Assembly (NCBI GenBank): GCA_030167865.1
Contig: JALAGF010004961.1
Coordinates: forward strand, 62,001 to 106,711
From: Craspedostauros australis
Taxonomy: Eukaryota
Length of the DNA: 44,711 nt
Reading direction: 5' to 3'
Shown: one piece after another, positions 39,585-44,711 of the stretch
Numbering within the stretch: position 1 is the stretch's first letter
Layout of the letters: each line of letters opens with the position of its first letter
Translations under genes and position numbers: made by a program
Notes under the pieces: generated by a model
The model's database searches: none
Told to the model about the DNA's origin: nothing
Seen by the model: only the letters and a program-made list of their open reading frames with translations

Positions 39585-42038
39585 TCATGGCACCACACCG
39601 CACGCTCCAACACCGAGGCATTCTCCATCGGGGATGACATAAGAGTTTTTGAAACACGAGAAATTGCCACGGCAGGCTCCATCCCCTACCATTCCGGTGT
39701 TGTAGTAGCATGCTGCGGTTTCGTAGCACGACCCCATGCCCACGTCGGCCTGGTTGCCATCGCAGGCGAATGGGCCTTGGCAGGAGTCCTGGCCGATGGC
39801 GCCAGCGTTCGCGCGACAAGTTGAGTTGCCACGGCAGGCTCCGTCCCCTACCATTCCGGTGTTATAGTCGCACGCTGAGATTTCGTTGCAGGACCCCATG
39901 CCCACGTCGGCCTGGTTGTCATAGCAGGCGTATGGGCCTTGGCAGGAGTCCTGGCCGATGGCGCCAGCGTTCTGGCGACAAGTGAAGTTGCCGAGGCAGG
40001 AGTATGCAGCGATCATGCCTGTGTTAATGGTGCACGCAGAAGGTCCAACACAGGATCCCATGCCCACATCGGCCTCGTTGCCGATGCAGGCGAATGGACC
40101 TTGGCAGGAGTCCTGACCGATGGCGCCAGCGTTCGCGCGACAAGTTGAGTTGCCGAGGCAGGAGTTTACAGCGATCATGCCTGTGTTGATGGTGCACGCA
40201 GCAAATCCAACACAGGATCCCATGCTGATAGTACCAGTGTTTTGGGCGCACGCACCTTCACCTTCGCAGGAGTCCTTGCCGATGTCGCCAGCGTTCGCGA
40301 CACAAGTTAAGTTGCCGAGGCAGGAGTTTACAGCGATCATGCCGGTGTTGATGGCACACGCAGTGGGTCCAATGCAAGATCCCATGCTGATGGCACCATC
40401 CTGCTGGGTGCATGCATTTGTTCCAATACAGGATCCCGTGCTGATGGGACCAGTGTTTTGGATGCATGCATCTTCACCGTGGCAGGACCCCGCGGCGACG
40501 CTACCAGTCTGCACACCGCACGCACGCCTTCCAATGCAGGATCCCATGCTGATGGAACCTGTGTTTTGGGTGCAGGTAGCGACACCTCCGCAGGAATTCG
40601 CGGCGACGCTGCCAGTGTTTTGGACGCACGGACCTTCACCGACACAACTTCCGCTTGCGATATCTCCTTCGTTGTCACCACAAGCAAGAAATCCGACGCA
40701 TGCGTTCGTACTGACTGCGCCTTCGTTGGAGGTGCAGGCGCTTCCGCCGATGCAGGATCCGGCGTCGACGTTTCCCTTGTTGAAGGCGCAAGCGTCCTCT
40801 CCAATGCAGGACCTGTCACTGATGTCGGCATCGTTCACGAAGCAAGCATCCTCGCCGAGGCAAGCGCCAGGTCCGATTGCTCCTTCGCTGAAAGTGCATG
40901 CATTTCTGCCTACGCAAGAGTTTTCCTTGACGTCGCCTCGGTTGCGGAGACATGCTCTGTCTGTGGTGCAAGAATTTTCGCTAATGTCTCCCCTATTCTG
41001 GAAACACGAAGCCTCCCCGAAGCATGAGAATGAGGAGATATCGCCTGAGTTTTCGAGGCAACTACCAACGCCGTTGCAAGATTGCTCATTGACTTTACCG
41101 GTGTTGGCTGCGCAACTGAGGTTGCCATTGCAAGCGTAAGAAGGAATTGATATCTCTATGCCATCGCAGGCTTCCACACCGTTGCAAGCATAGGGAGCAA
41201 TCGTGATGGCCGTTGTCTCGTTGGGACTGAATGCGCAAGAGTAATTGCCATTGCAGGAGTTGGGGCACACCGTCACGTGTCGGTCGCTGCCCCACGCACA
41301 CGCGGGAGCTATCTCATTGTCTGGTGCTTGACAGCAACTAGCCTCCTCGTCTGCACACTTCGCGGTGACATCTTTGGCCGTTCCGGTGAAGCAGGACTTG
41401 AATGCCTTGTTGGACTTGGAAGACTTCTCAGACTTGGCTCCCTTTGATGACGATTTCTCAGACTTGGGGGACTTGAGCTGGCGGTTGTGAGCATTGAGGG
41501 CTTCGACCGGCTTCTCAGGATGAAGTTCTGCGATCGACGCAAGCGACGCGCCCTTCTTGGCATCATCAATGGCGCCTTGAAGACGGCCAAGATCGGTGAA
41601 CTTGCGCTCAAGCTTGCGCTCAGGCTTGTTCTTGTCCTCGCTCTTGGTGTTGGTGGAAGAGGTGGCACGTCGACGATGGAAGTTGCTTGTCTTGGTATTG
41701 GCCTCTGTCTTAGTGCTGGCTTCCTTGAAGTTGGGAACAAGATGGTCGATGTTGGGCATGGAGGAGGTGTCAGAGAGGAGCATGTTCACCTTGTCCTCGG
41801 TGTCTTGTGCTGCGATCTTGGTGTTGTCAGCGTGTGCGGAGTTGAATGCCAAGATTTTGGCCTTGTGCTCAGCTGCCAGCTTGGCGAACTTCGCTTGAAG
41901 AGCGTTGATGTCGCCATCGATGTTGAGATCGGTGGCGACCTTGGTGCGGCCGCTCGTGTCGAGCACGGCATCGACGCCGTTGCAGATGATGCTCTGTGCG
42001 ATGACGAGAGCGAGGATGTCTTTCTTCATGGGTGGCAT
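39585..42038 (-). CDS. Secreted cysteine-rich tandem-repeat protein with RXL motifs and a KxxK cluster, ~817 aa
   Basis: Signal peptide MPPMKKDILALVIAQSIICNGVDA (ATG 42038, after an AC-rich leader). RKL and RQL motifs, then KSPKSEKSSSKGAKSEKSSKSNK, then ~31 copies of an 18-aa unit [SA]C-x-G-x-x-[AST]C-x-x-N-x-G-x-[IV]-x-x-x. Confidence 0.85.
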   Translation of the reverse strand: MPPMKKDILALVIAQSIICNGVDAVLDTSGRTKVATDLNIDGDINALQAKFAKLAAEHKAKILAFNSAHADNTKIAAQDTEDKVNMLLSDTSSMPNIDHLVPNFKEASTKTEANTKTSNFHRRRATSSTNTKSEDKNKPERKLERKFTDLGRLQGAIDDAKKGASLASIAELHPEKPVEALNAHNRQLKSPKSEKSSSKGAKSEKSSKSNKAFKSCFTGTAKDVTAKCADEEASCCQAPDNEIAPACAWGSDRHVTVCPNSCNGNYSCAFSPNETTAITIAPYACNGVEACDGIEISIPSYACNGNLSCAANTGKVNEQSCNGVGSCLENSGDISSFSCFGEASCFQNRGDISENSCTTDRACLRNRGDVKENSCVGRNACTFSEGAIGPGACLGEDACFVNDADISDRSCIGEDACAFNKGNVDAGSCIGGSACTSNEGAVSTNACVGFLACGDNEGDIASGSCVGEGPCVQNTGSVAANSCGGVATCTQNTGSISMGSCIGRRACGVQTGSVAAGSCHGEDACIQNTGPISTGSCIGTNACTQQDGAISMGSCIGPTACAINTGMIAVNSCLGNLTCVANAGDIGKDSCEGEGACAQNTGTISMGSCVGFAACTINTGMIAVNSCLGNSTCRANAGAIGQDSCQGPFACIGNEADVGMGSCVGPSACTINTGMIAAYSCLGNFTCRQNAGAIGQDSCQGPYACYDNQADVGMGSCNEISACDYNTGMVGDGACRGNSTCRANAGAIGQDSCQGPFACDGNQADVGMGSCYETAACYYNTGMVGDGACRGNFSCFKNSYVIPDGECLGVGACGVVP
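39588..41258 (-). repeat. Coding 54-bp tandem repeat array (~31 units) with a 162-bp higher-order period near the 3' end
   Basis: The motif caggagtcc recurs at 39781, 39943, 40105 and 40267, exactly 162 bp apart. The 18-aa periodicity was counted in the translation. Confidence 0.9.
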
Positions 42039-43421
42039 GGTTGCGTGTTGTTGTTGTTGTCGGTGTTGTTGTTGCTTGTTGTGTGTGTACTTTGGCCTTG
42101 AGTCAAGTTGAGTTGAGTTGTTCTGTTCTCGATTTTGTGGCTGATGGGAAGGAATCCCTCGAAGGATGAAACTCATCTCATTCTCTTTGTCATGGCCTGC
42201 TGTTGTTTGGGTGTGTTTGGCCACAGCATCCTCGCCAAAGTAAACAGTGGAGCGCGGGCGATCCAACAACTTCGGGAAACTTTCAATTTCGTGGAGGTGG
42301 CAACAACGGGCGAAGCCACAGTAGGACGCGGGACATTGTGGCGCTCATTTCATTTCGCCTCGCCATTTTTGCCCAGCGCTCTGTGAACAACGGAAGATGA
42401 CTTCAGCCCCACTGTCTGAGCAGACATGACAAGATCCTGCACAAGCGTGCTCCAGTGACAACAGGTCGTGAATTGTTTTTTGGTGATGTCTGTTGTGAGC
42501 GGGACTTGCTCTCTCTGTGCGGGTCTTCGATTGATGATGTTCACTTGAGCTTCGTGGCTCACCCTTCACCTCGTGGAACAACTCCGCGACAGAGCCAACC
42601 GGGGAATGGTCCTTGGCCACCCTCCACGTTTTGCCCGCGCTTGTTCCTTCGCAAGGATAAATCCATGGTGTCTCCAGGATCGACGAGCATTCTGGGTTCG
42701 GCTTGGGCCTTCTCCTGTTGGCCAAGGAGGACAGAACGCCGAAAACTTGCGTTCCGTTCATGTTCCCGACGTTCTGCTCGTGTTCCGCAACGTTCTTATT
42801 CCCAAAGTGGAAGACACCTGCGGTTCCGTCCACGAAGCAGGATCCTCTCTCATTGCAACAACACCTATCGATCAATGAAGTAGTCATAGTACCATCTATT
42901 GTTGAGGGCTCTCTCCCTGGAGACCATTGGATACTGGCAGGCTGAGGACGCAACGACAACAATGAAACCAGGCAGACACTGCGCCGGTGCTCCATTGGAA
43001 CTCTCCGATACAGCCGATCAAAGTGAAGTGTGAGATCGAAGCATGATAGAGTACTAAATGGTGCGGCGCGATCCAACCCGCATTCTGAACAATCCTCATG
43101 AAGGTGGAATCTGCCACCGTAGCCTCGGACGCTGTTGTCGGCAAAGCATGATCCAACCAGACACTTGACACAATTCACATGGCCTCGTATTGCAATAGTA
43201 CGCATACTGCATGGAGAGCACACATGCTCGTGCTGTTTTGCCAACTCGGGCACACCCTGTGCACGAACATCGGCACAAGCGAAGGCAGTACCCTCTGCAT
43301 CAAGCGGGGGTAAATAATGGAACACGATTACAACCACAGCCACAGTCTCTCCGTTGCGCTCCAATTTGCTCCACTGCGATCCTGCTCAATCCAATACCAA
43401 CTTGCTCCACTCCTCGGGACA

Positions 43422-44711
43422 TCATCGGAAGGATACTAATGCAGTCGCCAGCGCCTGGGCATATTCGTTGCTGCTTCCCAGCAACTCTCCTCCATCCAGC
43501 TTGCACAACAACTCATCCAACCTTTGCAATAGTTCGACATCGTTTGCGGACGATGCAACCCATCCCTTCGTGAACATGTACCCCAGGAATTCCATCTGCG
43601 CCAAACGATAATGCCATTCCATCAGTGCTCGCGGATAGGTCTCGCCTAAATCGCATCCCTTGTCCATGGCGATCCATTGGCTCTGCAGTTTGTCGTAGTA
43701 CCAACAGAGCAATTCGTGCTCGACATCGAGATACGAGACCCTCGGGTCCGGGAATAGCAAGTAGGCAACATCGCACACGCCGAGTCTGGGACCTGTGAAT
43801 TGCAAATCGCAGACTGCACAGGAATCGGAATCGTTGCACGCATCGTCTCCATCCACGCCTGGCACGAAGAACATGTTGGCGGCCTTGAAGTCGCCATGCA
43901 CCAATGTTACATAACTGCGCGGTCTCCGGAAGCCGTGGTTACTGTCGCACTTGTCCTTGCGCTCGCCTTTTGCGGCGGCTGCTGCTGCTGCGTTGTATAC
44001 CACTGGAGAGAGGTTGGTATAGATCGATGATGCTGATTGGGCAGGGTGCAGCTCCTCAAAGATGACAGGTATGACGCGCTTCAAGCGACGTCCGAACAGA
44101 CGGATTGATTCTCTCGAGCACAGATGAACTGCTTCCGGAAGCTTGCGCTGTGCCGCCATCCATCGCAACGTTCGATTCCATGCGGACTCGAAATCATTGG
44201 CGTATGTGTTCGGGAAGTACTGCTGCTTGAGACGGTACTGTACGGCTCAGAACGTCCCCTCCTCCCACACCAGTTGGCCGGGCCATTCGTTCGTCAGCTT
44301 TGGGGCTTCCCAGAACCTGGCGTGGAACTTGGCCAGCCAAGCTAGGGCGGATTTGGCTTGCGGGATGGATAGAACATCTGGATGGACTGGGTGCGTGGTT
44401 TGCAGATCACACATGATGAAGCATACTCCTGCAAAGGTTATATCCGATGGGCTCTTGCTTCCTTGGCTACCATTGTTGGTGCCGGTCGCCGTGGATGTCT
44501 TCGGTATTGCTGCTAGTCCGTCGGCGTGAGCACGATCGCCAGCAGTGTTGGAATGGCCAATCCCGCACGTGATGCTGCTCTGGCGGGACAAGGCTTGCCT
44601 GACGCAAATCCACGGCCGTAGAAATTAGCCTCCACATCGTACGATCTCACCCTCATGGCGTAGTCGATGAATCGGGGATTTCGGATATCGCAGACATGGC
44701 TTGTGGCATCC
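43422..44711 (-). pseudogene. EcKinase / choline-kinase / APH-like phosphotransferase, apparently disrupted and truncated by the window edge
   Basis: Family motifs RSYDVEANFY (one frame, ending at TAG 44515-44513), FIMCDL, LAWLAKFHARFW, TLVHGDFKAAN and DLQFTG...DVAYLL. An in-frame TGA at 44249-44247 sits where Trp would be expected (EEGTF*), and the same frame continues into the 43422-44168 ORF. Confidence 0.7.

Noticed and set aside
39588-41258. Regularly spaced repeats as a CRISPR array
   Set aside because: The repeats are in-frame coding units of one ORF with no unique spacers and no cas genes, in a eukaryotic context.
42039-42269. Upstream in-frame extension of the Cys-repeat ORF
   Set aside because: TTG start and CAA-repeat leader. 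The signal peptide starts at ATG 42038.
44247-44249. TGA as selenocysteine or a variant genetic code
   Set aside because: The position corresponds to an expected Trp, not Cys. Other genes in the window use TGG for Trp and TGA as a true stop, and no SECIS was recognised.

Overview
Eukaryotic nuclear DNA, most likely from a diatom or other photosynthetic stramenopile. This is inferred from GT-AG introns with GTACGT/GTGAGT/GTATGT donors, a bipartite signal plus Phe-initiated plastid presequence, RXL propeptide motifs and AC-rich 5' leaders. The window holds about 14 intact protein genes and one probably disrupted gene. These are two coiled-coil proteins, a stand-alone HxxxDG acyltransferase, an ankyrin/coiled-coil protein, a 3-exon GT60-like GlcNAc transferase, phosphoserine aminotransferase, a NUDT15-like Nudix hydrolase, an atypical CAMK-like kinase, a single-TM RS-rich protein, a plastid DUF760 protein, a SET-TPR-MYND methyltransferase, mitochondrial ACP, an ERGIC3/Erv46-like protein, a secreted Cys-repeat protein, and an EcKinase/APH-like gene cut by the window end. 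No rRNA, tRNA, CRISPR array or intact transposon was recognised. Four observations stand out. (1) The PSAT gene has two candidate first exons, a 37-aa mitochondrial presequence and a nested 'MLR' micro-exon, both splicing in phase to one acceptor, which suggests mitochondrial and cytosolic isoforms. (2) A secreted protein joins RXL sites and a silaffin-like KxxK cluster to ~31 tandem 18-aa Cys repeats with a recent 162-bp higher-order expansion. (3) The kinase has a remodelled activation segment. (4) The EcKinase-like gene has an in-frame TGA and a frame change. All family calls come from motif recognition by eye; no searches were run.
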